From positions 1-38,149 of IMG/VR virus record IMGVR_UViG_3300033076_000685: 38,149 bases of DNA. One strand, given 5' to 3'. Within the stretch, counting starts at the first letter, position 1. Each line of letters opens with the position of its first letter. The position numbers and the translations under genes are program-made. The notes under the pieces are model-generated. The model was not told where the DNA came from, ran no database searches, and saw only the letters and a list, made by a program, of their open reading frames with translations. This DNA is from a virus. Taxonomy: Duplodnaviria > Caudoviricetes. Positions 37,789 through 38,149 of the stretch are shown here, piece by piece.

Positions 37789-38115
37789 ATGCAACAACCC
37801 CAAATAGAAACCCTAGTAAGCCAAGCCGATTACGAAGCAATCGCAAACCGCCTTACCGTATCATCACGCGAGCGCATACGCCGCGAGATAGCAGCACAAA
37901 CCGATGATTATTTAAGATCAGGCCGCACTATTACTAATTTATCATCCGGCGCGCACGTAAGTTACGGAAATTGGGACGACGTAGACGAAGACCTGTTTAT
38001 GTACCGCGAAAACAAAGACGAAACCGAAAAGCGCAAAAAATCGCGTGATAAGTGGAATCTTTCGGATGCTAACAAAACCGCTGATAAGCCTAATAAAGGA
38101 AAAATAAAATCATGA
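37789..38115 (+). CDS. Possible SutA-like RNA polymerase-binding protein
   Basis: RERIRREIAAQTDDYLRSGRTITNL resembles the SutA helix motif (E/D-F/Y-L-x-x-G-G-x-I/V). Confidence 0.5.
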   Translation: MQQPQIETLVSQADYEAIANRLTVSSRERIRREIAAQTDDYLRSGRTITNLSSGAHVSYGNWDDVDEDLFMYRENKDETEKRKKSRDKWNLSDANKTADKPNKGKIKS

Positions 38116-38149
38116 ACTGCGCAAGCTGTAAATACTGGGAAAAAGAGCA
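38112..38149 (+). CDS. Hypothetical protein, 5' part only (MNCASCKYWEKE...)
   Basis: ATGA overlap, AAGGA SD; runs off the window. Confidence 0.5.
   Translation, partial: MNCASCKYWEKE

Noticed and set aside
22552-37790. Minus-strand ORFs across the right arm
   Set aside because: Antisense to a tightly coupled plus-strand gene set.

Overview
The whole window is most of a tailed-phage genome with a contractile tail (Bcep781/Obolenskvirus-like myovirus head and tail gene set). It is cut through a gene at both ends. The minus strand (1-21820) carries packaging, head, neck, tail, baseplate, an SGNH-esterase tail fibre and lysis genes. The plus strand (22571-38149) carries a stand-alone primase zinc finger, a DUF3987-type helicase, many small early genes, an orphan DNA methyltransferase, an SF2 helicase, a RecE-like exonuclease, a VRR-NUC nuclease and a SutA-like protein. 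The two arms diverge from a 750-bp non-coding region with iterons, a 17-bp inverted repeat, a perfect DnaA box and an (AT)13 tract, which is a likely origin. No integrase, DNA polymerase, tRNA or CRISPR array was seen. The most unusual signals are non-coding: a structured leader RNA that can pair with the Shine-Dalgarno of the replication operon, two structured intergenic regions (26891-27100 and 32918-33241), and a shared promoter/leader motif. All family assignments come from motif recognition by eye; no searches were run.
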